Shown piece after piece: positions 38,373-48,109 of a stretch of DNA of 64,000 nt (position 1 is its first letter; each line of letters starts with the position of its first letter). Origin of the DNA: Candidatus Micrarchaeota archaeon. Its GTDB lineage: Archaea > Micrarchaeota > Micrarchaeia > Anstonellales > Bilamarchaeaceae. Both the position numbers and the translations under genes were made by a program. The stretch spans positions 192,001 through 256,000 of the forward strand of contig JBDRCX010000006.1 of NCBI GenBank assembly GCA_043821365.1, read 5' to 3'. The notes under the pieces are model-generated. The model was not told where the DNA came from and did no database searches. It saw only the letters and a list, made by a program, of their open reading frames with translations.

Positions 38373-39764
38373 TTACCGTGGGCAATCTTGAGGGCAAATA
38401 AACTCATTATTTTTTTCAAAATTATCACATATACCATCCCCACAGGGATTTGGTTGTTTTATTTTCATATTGTTTAGTATGAAGAATCTACCAAAATGAA
38501 AAATTGGATTTGGCGGTATTGACACACTGTGCCTGTCTTTCTGAAGAATAACAAAATTTGCAGTTTTGCCATCTGTCAAATTAAGACCTGCCGCCTGGGC
38601 CCAGTACTTAATTCCTCCAGACACGCCTGTAAATGAAGCATTGGGAAAGGCAGTGTGAAGTGTTAAAAAGCCATCCCACTCTTCATTTGTAATTATTGGA
38701 GCTAGGGCGTCGCCCATCTGATAGAATAGATAAAAATTAAACAAACAGATTAGAAGAATAGAAAAATAGAATAAGGGTTTGTTTGAGATTAAGTATAACG
38801 CGCCAATAGCCATCAATGGAACAGACACCAAGTAGGCCATTAGCTCAAACCTGATTACCCAACTATGGTCAACGAATATTGGTTGCATCAATAAAAGACT
38901 CATGATAAGCCAGATTAAAAAAAGAAAAAAGTGCCGTTTGTTGAGTTTATATATATTTAAAAGACCGAGGAGGATAAAAACAATCATAATAGAATACGCC
39001 CCAAGAATAGAAAAATTGAACCAGTTCTGCCCGGGTTTTAGATTTTGAAGGCCAAGTGTTCCGATACCTTCACCTGTGATGAGATCTGGGCGGATGGCGA
39101 GCACAAAAATAGCACATATAAGTATCATGATGGCAGCACAAAAAGAAAGCTTAGCTTCTGTGGTCAGAGATTTTTTTTCATAATAATCTATTGCTGGAAA
39201 TAAAAGTAGAAATGGAAATAAAGAAACAACAATATAAGCTGTTGAACTGAAATGAGTCCCAAGCATAAGTATGAAGGATAAGGTAGTTAGTATGATATCG
39301 CGCTTCTTTTTTTCTTCAAAAACACGTAAAAGGAAATAAATGAAAAAAACACCGAAAAAAAGACCGCCCAGGTTTTTCAAAAGTCCTTCCATTATTCTTA
39401 CATTTGCATAGGAAAATGCACCTAAAAATGAACCAAGAATCGCAATTTTTTTATTTTTTGAAATTTGAAGGAGTAGGAAATAGAATGGGAATGCCATAGC
39501 CGCACTTAGAAGCGCAGCACCAACTTTAATCCCAATAGTAACATCTTCAAAAACCAACGAAAAGAAGGAAAGATAATAGAAAATAATCGGTGGGGAAATA
39601 CCAATATCTGGAACTCCTGCCGTAAGAGTTTCATTGACACGCATAAAGTAATAGCCAGCATCAACACCGTAGAGAAGATCGTATTTAGTTAGAAAATAGA
39701 TACGCATGATAAATGCGAAAAGAAAAATAAGTAGAACTGCTAAATGTTCTAATTTCAATTTCAT
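38373..39764 (-). CDS. Multi-TM GT-C (PMT/ArnT-like) glycosyltransferase-like protein with Cys-rich tail
   Basis: Acidic first loop GVDAGYY, about 11 TM helices, C-terminal CGDGICDNFE...CPQDC. Confidence 0.65.
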   Translation of the reverse strand: MKLKLEHLAVLLIFLFAFIMRIYFLTKYDLLYGVDAGYYFMRVNETLTAGVPDIGISPPIIFYYLSFFSLVFEDVTIGIKVGAALLSAAMAFPFYFLLLQISKNKKIAILGSFLGAFSYANVRIMEGLLKNLGGLFFGVFFIYFLLRVFEEKKKRDIILTTLSFILMLGTHFSSTAYIVVSLFPFLLLFPAIDYYEKKSLTTEAKLSFCAAIMILICAIFVLAIRPDLITGEGIGTLGLQNLKPGQNWFNFSILGAYSIMIVFILLGLLNIYKLNKRHFFLFLIWLIMSLLLMQPIFVDHSWVIRFELMAYLVSVPLMAIGALYLISNKPLFYFSILLICLFNFYLFYQMGDALAPIITNEEWDGFLTLHTAFPNASFTGVSGGIKYWAQAAGLNLTDGKTANFVILQKDRHSVSIPPNPIFHFGRFFILNNMKIKQPNPCGDGICDNFEKNNEFICPQDCPR

Positions 39765-39831
39765 GTAAAAATATTGTTTTTTTGTGTTTAATAACTTTCC
39801 AGTTTCTCAATTACAGACTACGATAACCCAA

Positions 39832-41352
39832 TCAAAACGGATATTGGACTTCAACATATTCGGGTGGAGCTCCGGTCCTTTGAACAACCGCAGCAAAATC
39901 ACGGATTAGTTTCAATGTTGGGCCTGCCTCAGCCTCATCCCGAAGTGCCACTGTTCGTATGTATTGTGGAACCCCATTACGATAATCTCTTGCAAAAAAC
40001 ATATCCCCATCACTCATAAACACAACTGAAGCAACTGCGCTGCGATTTGCAACTATGTCTTGCATTGCTTGATTGAGAGTCCATTCTGCAAATCTTGCTG
40101 CCTGAGATTTGCCATTTCTATCATACCTAAAGCGCCACATAATATAGAAACTGTTGAGTTTGTTTGGATCCACCAAGCCATTCGCATCAAGGCAAAATGG
40201 ATGCACTTTTACCATCGGAATCTGAAGCAGTTGTTCTGCAAAATATAATGTGTTGGAACCAACAGTAGAACGCATTGTTTCTTGTCGTTTTTGCTCATCA
40301 GTAAACGCACTAATATCTGTACGTTGTTGTCTTAACCAATTCATTGCTGCCATCTGGGTGTGAACATCAACAGTACCCAAGGTAATTGCATAGGAAACAT
40401 CCACGTGCCTGAATAACATCTCATTGAAAGCGTCTGCTTGACGCACAGCTTCTTTTTGGAATCCGTGAGAATCTGCAAGTAGATACCCGTATCCGATTCG
40501 TTTGCCGCACCAACACTGGGATTTTGAAAATGTGCCAGTAACAAGTTCAATGGCTGTGCTTCCAACTTCCATTATTCTTTGGACAGGATCAAATCTTGTG
40601 GACTGATCTCTTCTAAACGGTTCATATGTCGGATCAGTTATCCTATGCAAACGAATATTGAATTTTTTGTTTAGAGTCGTTAACATTCGCGTAATCGAAT
40701 CAAAAGTATCCTGATCCATAGCAGAACCAAGAGGATTGCCAATTGTTGTCCCAACCAAAACATAACGAACACCCCTACCATGTTCCTGGATTGTTTTTTC
40801 CATGATTGATTTTAGCTGGTCTGGATCAACCACGCCAGTTTTAGGATCAAGTGGGATCGTAACAATATCAGCTTCAACATATGCAGACTCGGCCAAAAAT
40901 AAGGGGTAAGTCAGTTCAGGCACAAACACTATTGATTTGTGTTTTTTACCACCTGCAACTGCTCCCATGTATGCACGAACTACCCCACTTGAACCTGGGC
41001 CAGTAAAAACAAAAACATCTTTTTCATTTAAACGGTTTGTTCTAACTTCGCTCCCTATGATTCTATGATCATAATAGCGTAATTCTTCTAAAAGTTCAGG
41101 TAGACCAATCGAATGGGTATAGGATGGATTGGAAGTGACTGCATCTGCAAGAGCAGCACGTAAGCGTGTTGGAGGCATGAAACCGAATTGAGTTGGATCT
41201 CCAAGACTAAAATCGCATATGGGGAGTTTTCCAGGCCGTCTTTCCTCTAATAAACGTCTTTGAAAGATGTTGGCACGGGTCTTAACCGGAGTAACATCAG
41301 ATAACCGTAAGCTATGGTCTTGTAATTCCTGAAATCTACCTGGTTTAGCCAT
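39832..41352 (-). CDS. PLP-dependent class I/II aminotransferase (AlaAT-like, divergent)
   Basis: SLGDP, YTHSIGLPEL, NPLG, DPTY, TFSKSQCWCGKRIGY (PLP Lys) and YIR motifs. Confidence 0.85.
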   Translation of the reverse strand: MAKPGRFQELQDHSLRLSDVTPVKTRANIFQRRLLEERRPGKLPICDFSLGDPTQFGFMPPTRLRAALADAVTSNPSYTHSIGLPELLEELRYYDHRIIGSEVRTNRLNEKDVFVFTGPGSSGVVRAYMGAVAGGKKHKSIVFVPELTYPLFLAESAYVEADIVTIPLDPKTGVVDPDQLKSIMEKTIQEHGRGVRYVLVGTTIGNPLGSAMDQDTFDSITRMLTTLNKKFNIRLHRITDPTYEPFRRDQSTRFDPVQRIMEVGSTAIELVTGTFSKSQCWCGKRIGYGYLLADSHGFQKEAVRQADAFNEMLFRHVDVSYAITLGTVDVHTQMAAMNWLRQQRTDISAFTDEQKRQETMRSTVGSNTLYFAEQLLQIPMVKVHPFCLDANGLVDPNKLNSFYIMWRFRYDRNGKSQAARFAEWTLNQAMQDIVANRSAVASVVFMSDGDMFFARDYRNGVPQYIRTVALRDEAEAGPTLKLIRDFAAVVQRTGAPPEYVEVQYPF

Positions 41353-41518
41353 ATCCTCGCCTTAGAAGTAGAATTACATTTACCTGCAAACAATTTATAT
41401 ACATACAACCTGTTTCTACGACATATGGCGTACATAAATGGCATTGGTGCATATTTCCACCAAAACCCAAAAACTCCATAAAATATAACATTTAAAAAGT
41501 GTTTAGAAGATATAAACT

Positions 41519-43570
41519 ATGGTAACTATGGGTGGAGCAAACAGACTGGGGCCTAGATTATACAGAGCAGCAGAAATAACAAACAGGCCAGAACCAATAC
41601 AGAACACCTGGCTGAGGAGTTGTGCTAGGATTGTAGCTGTTGGAACAATATTGACCATGCCAATAGCAGCGATGGCAGAGTCTCCACCAGACAATAGAAC
41701 AATTGCAGCACAGATCACAACTGTAAGATCGCAATTACGCGAAGATGCTCCATTAATACTCCCAAGGAGAATAGTCGAGGCTCAGGCACAAGAAAAAATA
41801 CCTGAAATAAATACACACCTGGCAAGATTGGAGAGTATATCAGATGCAAAGAAACTTTTATACAACGAAGATATTGCAGATGCATTTATCAAAAATCCAA
41901 AAAGAATCACAGATGCAATTGAAAGAATTGCTAAATTTATTAGTGTCTATCATGATGAAAGAGATGCTAAAAATGTTCAATTCGCTTTGGGGATATTAGG
42001 TGAAGAAACTGTTGGAAAATTATTTGTAAAATACCCAACAGCATTCACAAGCATTGCCATAAGTGCAAGAGCATATACTTGGATGGCTTATGATGCCATA
42101 TCACAAGATGGGATTAGTGAGTTGTTCGAAGCACACCCATATGAATTTGTTGCAATGGCAAGAAGTGCAAGAATAGATGCATATGCTGAATTTGAACGAT
42201 TAAAAAATCCAATTCTTGCTGAGATGTTTAAGAATTACCCCAAAGCATATGCTGGAGTTTACAGATATGATGAAGCAAAACGGGACGCTATTTTAAGCGA
42301 GATGGAAAAGGGAACAAAAACAATTGCACAGACAATTGTAGGATCAATATCCCTCTATGACCATGTTGCAATAGAACTTGGAAGAACAATAGATGACCTA
42401 GAAGATGAAACAGAGAGAAAAGAACGGATAGAGAACCTCCAAATCGAAGAATTAGTTGGGTTATTATGTTCAAATCCAGAACTTTTTAATCAAGCAACTA
42501 ATCGTTTATTATTCGAAAGAGCAAAGAGAGAGGCAGATAATGGGGGGGCAACCGTACTTAGGCACACATATGGACTGGGCCTGTTACAAATGAGGAATAT
42601 GGTTTTTAGAGCATTGAACAATGGGATGATAGATCAACTTATATCAGGCGAAAGAAAAGAACAAGAAATAGAATTCATAACAACAATTATACTGGGGGAG
42701 CAAAATACCAAAACAGGCATTTATGCGGAAATTTTTGACCAGACATATTATTATTTGATGGCAAACGGAGCAAAGGAAGCGGCAGGGTATTTGCCCGAGC
42801 TGCAAATGAAGATAACTGATCAAAGAAGGAGGCTATTGTTAGAACATAGAACTACAGACCAAGAAAAAATAGTGCTTGCTTTAGGATACTTAGAAGGAGT
42901 TCTTAGTGGAACTGAACGTGGCGGATTCGTAGAAAAGAGTATTTTTGACATAAAACAATACAGGGATGCGCACGGTAGAGTTAATGTTGTGCAGATCTTT
43001 GATAGGGACGATACTAGAGGATATCATTGGGAAAGAAGTAAAGAAGTATTTGAAGCAAGATATGGAAAACCAAAAACATCCACAACAACCACTGTGATTT
43101 ATGAAACACGTGGAGTTAATGTTGTTCTATATATGGGAAGAACTGAAGAAGACAATGTTGAATTTGTACGCAAATGGATCACCACGCATGAAAATGGAGT
43201 TGTAACTTTTAGAGGGCATAGTATCTCCTTGTATACAAATATGCCGGCCGATGTTTTTGGGAACAGAACAGGGAGATATTTATTTATTCCTGGAAGTTGT
43301 GGAAGCGCTAGTAGTGTTCCGGAATATATTGGCCAGAACCCCAATACAGACATACGATCATTGAGCTATATTTCAACAGGATATGGAAATGTAACAAATG
43401 CCATGGTATTGATGTTTTTAGAGGAGCAACAACCAATTGAGATGGCAAGCGTGTTGCAAAAAAATGCACGAAGAATTGAAAGGGCAGGTGGGGATGCAGA
43501 TTTAATAAGGATATGGCGGCCAGGTGAGGGGCTATTGAATTATATAGCACAAATGACAGTAGGTTCATAA
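41519..43570 (+). CDS. Helical-repeat protein with putative His-Cys (clan CD-like) protease domain, paralog 1
   Basis: About 33-aa LF..YP.AF repeats; C-terminal TFRGHS and IPGSCGS; hydrophobic segment IVAVGTILTMPIAAMA. Confidence 0.7.
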   Translation: MVTMGGANRLGPRLYRAAEITNRPEPIQNTWLRSCARIVAVGTILTMPIAAMAESPPDNRTIAAQITTVRSQLREDAPLILPRRIVEAQAQEKIPEINTHLARLESISDAKKLLYNEDIADAFIKNPKRITDAIERIAKFISVYHDERDAKNVQFALGILGEETVGKLFVKYPTAFTSIAISARAYTWMAYDAISQDGISELFEAHPYEFVAMARSARIDAYAEFERLKNPILAEMFKNYPKAYAGVYRYDEAKRDAILSEMEKGTKTIAQTIVGSISLYDHVAIELGRTIDDLEDETERKERIENLQIEELVGLLCSNPELFNQATNRLLFERAKREADNGGATVLRHTYGLGLLQMRNMVFRALNNGMIDQLISGERKEQEIEFITTIILGEQNTKTGIYAEIFDQTYYYLMANGAKEAAGYLPELQMKITDQRRRLLLEHRTTDQEKIVLALGYLEGVLSGTERGGFVEKSIFDIKQYRDAHGRVNVVQIFDRDDTRGYHWERSKEVFEARYGKPKTSTTTTVIYETRGVNVVLYMGRTEEDNVEFVRKWITTHENGVVTFRGHSISLYTNMPADVFGNRTGRYLFIPGSCGSASSVPEYIGQNPNTDIRSLSYISTGYGNVTNAMVLMFLEEQQPIEMASVLQKNARRIERAGGDADLIRIWRPGEGLLNYIAQMTVGS

Positions 43571-43601
43571 ATTTTAATAGATGAAAAAGAATGGTGTTAA
43601 G

Positions 43602-45674
43602 ATGGCTGAAAGAGGAAGAGAAGTAGAACGAGATATTCATGGTCAGATCCCTACTCCAGTAATAACTTTAGCTTCAATAAGAAAACAGTTGTTGCCAGAA
43701 ATACCAATGTCTGTTGCAGGTTTGATTTTGAAGTTAGAGGATCCGGCTTTGATTCAGAGAAAAATTGCAGAGGTAAACAAGGCTGCGCAAATATTTGTTA
43801 CTGATGGACCGACAAAACCACCAGAATCTATTCCAATAGAAAGAATGATGGACATAACTGCAATTCGAGCAGCAACACGACAACGAGAACCAGAACATTT
43901 CAAAGCTCCAGAGGTTCTTCAACTATTGAGAAACGAGGATATTGCCGGGGCATTTATTGAAGATCCAATGAAGATAGCAGGCAGATTACAACGGATATTC
44001 CATTTTGGGGTAGGGGAAAAAGGAAAGAAAGAGGACATCATGACATTAGTAGGGGTGTTAAGTGATTCAGTAGTTGCAAAATGTTTTGTAGAGCATCCAT
44101 ATGCATTTGTTTCAATAGCGTTAAACACAAGAAGAAACGCATTTATGGTGTTTGCTGAATTAGAAAACGAAAAATTAGCCGCATTATTTGGGAAATACCA
44201 CCAAAGTTTTGTGGAAATGGCACGATGTACCCAAAACGAAGACTCGTTTGCTTTACTTGCTGAGGATGAGACATTTAGAAGAATATTTGAAGCTAACCCC
44301 AGCCTATTTACTGGGGCACATAAATATGCAAGAGAGCAACCACAAGTATTTGACGAAATTATGGACTCCCTCAAGACAAGTAGAATGGGATTATCAGCTG
44401 CTATCATCAATACTATTGCAAGATATGACCATGTATCAATAGAAATAGGAAGAGCATTGGATGATCTCCATGACAACACAGAAGAAAGAAAACAATACCT
44501 CAAATCACTCACAAGAGACGAAGTTATTGGATTGTTAGCATCTAATCCAGAATTTTTCTACACTAGTTCGAACCATATGTTGTTTGACAGATTAAAAGAA
44601 GAATTAGAAGGACATGGATTGAGCCATTTAAAAGAAACATATGGTTTAGGCGAAGAACAGCTGAGGAATTTTGTTTTTAGGGCAGTGGTATATGATAGAA
44701 TTGGAGATTTTATAACTGCAGAAGGAGCAGATTTACAATTAGCAATGGCAACCATTTTAGGCACAGTGGAAAACAAAACCGGGATCTATGCGGATACCTT
44801 TAATGAGGGGTATTTCTATCTGATGGCGAATGGAATCGAAACATTGAGTAAGTACGCACCAGAACTAACAGGAGAACTTAGTAGAAGAAGAAAAGAACTA
44901 GAAGCTTTGGGAACACGAACACTTGACCAAGAAAAGATCCTCGCAGCACTAACTTATGTTAATTTTATGTTCACTAGAGATCCACAAGGTGATGACGCAC
45001 TGGAAAAGGTTGCTGATGGCGAAACATTCAACAGAACTGATTATAGGGGGCAAGATGGACGGGTAACAGTATTACAAATATTTGATAAGGAAGATACAGG
45101 AGCATACCATTGGGGGGCCACAAAAACATGGTTTCAGAAACAATTTGGTGCATCTCCAAGAAAAGGACCAAATGGAGAATTGATATTTGAGAATTCTAGT
45201 TCGCGAGTTATATTATATATGGGAAATGATGAGGATGCAAACATAGAATATACACGAGCATGGACGCAGAGATATGATAAAGGAATTGTAACTTTTAGAG
45301 GGCATAGTTTTAGTCTTAGTGGAAATATGCCAACAGATATATTTGGAAATAGAGAAGGAAAATACGTATTCATACCAGGAAGTTGTGGGAGTGCAGGTAG
45401 TGTTCCGGAATATATTTATCAGAACCCAAACACTGAAGTGAGATTCTTTAGTAATTCATCAACAGGAAGAGGGCAGGTGACAAATACCTTAGTAAGTTTA
45501 TTGTTAAGACAAACAAGACCAAGCACATTTACAAATGTTTTAGAAAGCGGAAAAACTCAGATAGCAAGGGCAGGTGGAGATATTGCAACTATAAAAGCAT
45601 TCACACAAGGGGAAGCGCTTCTTTATTATGTGATGGCTAGAACAACACCAACAGTAGAGATAACAGATGGCTAA
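43602..45674 (+). CDS. Helical-repeat protein with putative His-Cys (clan CD-like) protease domain, paralog 2
   Basis: Collinear with 41519-43570 (NEDIA, SIELGR/SIEIGR, QIFD, TFRGHS, IPGSCGSA, VPEYI.QNPNT); SD GGTG before ATG 43602. Confidence 0.7.
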   Translation: MAERGREVERDIHGQIPTPVITLASIRKQLLPEIPMSVAGLILKLEDPALIQRKIAEVNKAAQIFVTDGPTKPPESIPIERMMDITAIRAATRQREPEHFKAPEVLQLLRNEDIAGAFIEDPMKIAGRLQRIFHFGVGEKGKKEDIMTLVGVLSDSVVAKCFVEHPYAFVSIALNTRRNAFMVFAELENEKLAALFGKYHQSFVEMARCTQNEDSFALLAEDETFRRIFEANPSLFTGAHKYAREQPQVFDEIMDSLKTSRMGLSAAIINTIARYDHVSIEIGRALDDLHDNTEERKQYLKSLTRDEVIGLLASNPEFFYTSSNHMLFDRLKEELEGHGLSHLKETYGLGEEQLRNFVFRAVVYDRIGDFITAEGADLQLAMATILGTVENKTGIYADTFNEGYFYLMANGIETLSKYAPELTGELSRRRKELEALGTRTLDQEKILAALTYVNFMFTRDPQGDDALEKVADGETFNRTDYRGQDGRVTVLQIFDKEDTGAYHWGATKTWFQKQFGASPRKGPNGELIFENSSSRVILYMGNDEDANIEYTRAWTQRYDKGIVTFRGHSFSLSGNMPTDIFGNREGKYVFIPGSCGSAGSVPEYIYQNPNTEVRFFSNSSTGRGQVTNTLVSLLLRQTRPSTFTNVLESGKTQIARAGGDIATIKAFTQGEALLYYVMARTTPTVEITDG

Positions 45675-46070
45675 ATGAAGAAGATATTAGTTGTTGCTGC
45701 AATAATAAAAAAAGACAACAAAATACTCATAGTGCAGAGAAAAACTAATTGTAAAAGGGAACCGAATAAATGGGAGTTCCCAGGTGGGAAAATAGAAATA
45801 GGTGAACGCCCAGAACAATGTTTGATTAGAGAGATAAAAGAAGAACTGGATTTGGATATTGTTGTTGGTGAGTTGTTTGGTGAAAGCTCAAAGAAGTATG
45901 AAGATGAAGAGATAGGGATATCATACTATTTTGCTAAATTAAAAAATAATAACAAACCAAAACTAATTGAGTGTCAGGATGTTCGGTGGGTTTTGTTAGA
46001 AGAACTGTGCACATATGATTTTGCCAGTGCAGATATGCAGATACCCAGGTTGTTAATATTAAATAAATAA
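45675..46070 (+). CDS. MutT/NudG-like NUDIX hydrolase
   Basis: Intact NUDIX box WEFPGGKIEIGERPEQCLIREIKEELDL. Confidence 0.92.
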   Translation: MKKILVVAAIIKKDNKILIVQRKTNCKREPNKWEFPGGKIEIGERPEQCLIREIKEELDLDIVVGELFGESSKKYEDEEIGISYYFAKLKNNNKPKLIECQDVRWVLLEELCTYDFASADMQIPRLLILNK

Positions 46071-46133
46071 TCATAAAATGACATTTTAAATCACTTTATA
46101 AATAGTAAGTAGTAGAATTTTATTAGTGGAGAT

Positions 46134-46880
46134 ATGAGAGGTAGAACTACCAGTAAAGTATTGGCAACATATAGCCCAACACCAACAAACCAACATCTAG
46201 TTAGAAAATTAGAGTCCCTAGTCCCATTAAGATTTCAACCGCTAGAAGAAGATATAATACGAAGGGTGGCACAACTTAGCGAAGTACAAGGAAGAACAAT
46301 TCATTTGTGGGGGGATGGAGAAAAACACCATGAATCTTATTTTGTTACGCGAGGGAAAGTTAGATTTAAGATAAACATAGACCGACATTCCGATAGGATG
46401 GACGCGAGATATATTGATTTTACAAATCATATAACAGCATCACAAAAAGACGGTATTGTGGTTGCAACACAGATAAATAAAACAGATAAACTAGACGACG
46501 CAAGAAAAAGAGCAGTGGAATTTGATGGTGGGGAGATTGGGGTAAGTGTGGATTTAGACGGTGTTGATGAAATGCCAGTTTTAGAAAGATGGTTGTTCCC
46601 ATATAATATGGGTTTGTATGGATGGGAAATTAGAAACCTATTAGTAGAACTTCACCAAAAAACTAGAACATTAGATGTTGGTGGATTGATAGAAACAATT
46701 CCAGATTTTAGTTTGGTTTCAGTTGCTAGATATGATGTTAGTTATGAGGATATGTACAGGTTTTTGGAAATAATAAAACAACGTGCAATTACAACAACAG
46801 GACAGGAGATAGTAGACAAAGTAATGTCCAAAACAACAGAAAATATTGCTTCATTTATACGTGCTTTTTTAACTAATTAG
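46134..46880 (+). CDS. Arginase/ureohydrolase-fold protein (divergent)
   Basis: GDGEKHH, NIDRHSD (DxHxD) and SVDLD (SxDxD) motifs. Confidence 0.65.
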   Translation: MRGRTTSKVLATYSPTPTNQHLVRKLESLVPLRFQPLEEDIIRRVAQLSEVQGRTIHLWGDGEKHHESYFVTRGKVRFKINIDRHSDRMDARYIDFTNHITASQKDGIVVATQINKTDKLDDARKRAVEFDGGEIGVSVDLDGVDEMPVLERWLFPYNMGLYGWEIRNLLVELHQKTRTLDVGGLIETIPDFSLVSVARYDVSYEDMYRFLEIIKQRAITTTGQEIVDKVMSKTTENIASFIRAFLTN

Positions 46881-47401
46881 CCTTTCCAAATGTTCTCTTG
46901 TATTCTTTTTTTATGGTTTACATACCTAGCCTGCACAAAGAAAAGATCCCCAACTCTATTCATATAAACAACAATATCTAGATTTATTGGTTCTTTTTGA
47001 GATAGTGTGATGATTTGTCGTTCTGAACGACGACAAACTGTGCGCGCAAGATGAAGCAGAGCAGCGGTTTTGTGGCCGCTTGGAAGAATGAAGTTATGTA
47101 AAGGAGGTAGATCCAAAGATAGTTTGTCAATCTCTCCTTCTATTTCAGATATTCGTAGAGACAATAGTTTTTTTGATTTTGCACCCGCGAGCTCTGCTCC
47201 TATTGAGAATAAGTCCTTTTGAATTTTTTCTAAAGAACCGCGTATTGGTTGTGGTGGTTCTGTAGATATCACAACCCCAATAAGTGCATTTAATTCATCA
47301 ACACTCCCATAGGCTTCAACTCGGGGGTGGTTTTTTGGAACTGTTGTTTTTGTAAAAAGAGTTGTGTTGCCCTTATCACCAAATTTTGTATAAATGCGCA
47401 T
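46877..47401 (-). CDS. pduO: PduO-type ATP:cob(I)alamin adenosyltransferase
   Basis: MRIYTKFGDKGNT, RVEAYGSVDELN, IQKDLF and HLARTVCRRSER motifs. Confidence 0.92.
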   Translation of the reverse strand: MRIYTKFGDKGNTTLFTKTTVPKNHPRVEAYGSVDELNALIGVVISTEPPQPIRGSLEKIQKDLFSIGAELAGAKSKKLLSLRISEIEGEIDKLSLDLPPLHNFILPSGHKTAALLHLARTVCRRSERQIITLSQKEPINLDIVVYMNRVGDLFFVQARYVNHKKRIQENIWKG

Positions 47402-47466
47402 GTAAGGATTAGGATTGTCAGATTTAAAACTCCTTTGAGTATTAGGCAAAAAAATAAATACCCAGT

Positions 47467-48105
47467 GTGGTTAGTAAGTCCATGACGCTGGCAGAAGATT
47501 TTAAACTTCTTGAAAAATATGGGTTTAGATTGTTACCATATCATCTTGCAATAAATGAAGAGGATGCGGTTAATGCTGGAAAAAGAATAGGATACCCAGT
47601 TGCAATGAAAATTGTGTCACCAGAAATAGAACACAAAACAGATGTTGGTGGGGTTAGAATAAAAATAAAAAACCAAGAAATGTTGAAAAACGCATATAGA
47701 GAGATATTAGAGAATGCTAATGGAAAAAGAGTCGATGGGGTTATGGTCCAGAAAATGGCCAGAGTGGGTGTGGAACTCATAATTGGAGGTAAAAAAGACC
47801 CGCAATTTGGACATATGGTTGTTCTTGGATTGGGTGGGATTTACGTTGAGATATTTAGAGATATAAGTGCTAGGATTTGTCCGTTGGTTGGATCTGATGT
47901 TGATGAAATGATAGCAGAACTTAAAGTACACCCATTGTTAGAGGGGGCGCGTGGAAAAAAACCAATAAACAAAAAGGTATTAGAGCAACTTGTTTTGAGA
48001 GTATGTAAATTTATGAATGAAGAAGACATTAAAGAGATGGATTTGAACCCAGTGGTTTTTGATGACCGGGGTTGTGATATTGTAGATGCAAGGTTTAGTA
48101 GGTAA
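47467..48105 (+). CDS. acdB: ADP-forming acetyl-CoA synthetase beta subunit (ATP-grasp)
   Basis: GYPVAMKIVSPEIEHKTDVGGV, DPQFG, GGIYVE and EMDLNP motifs. Confidence 0.9.
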   Translation: MVSKSMTLAEDFKLLEKYGFRLLPYHLAINEEDAVNAGKRIGYPVAMKIVSPEIEHKTDVGGVRIKIKNQEMLKNAYREILENANGKRVDGVMVQKMARVGVELIIGGKKDPQFGHMVVLGLGGIYVEIFRDISARICPLVGSDVDEMIAELKVHPLLEGARGKKPINKKVLEQLVLRVCKFMNEEDIKEMDLNPVVFDDRGCDIVDARFSR

Positions 48106-48109
48106 TTTT

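Noticed and set aside
41445-41486. Third copy of the double-hairpin element (TTGGTG/CACCAA then CCCAAAAAC)
   Set aside because: Only a 6-bp stem and a short AT-rich motif that also occurs inside a CDS (near 9448); not significant alone.
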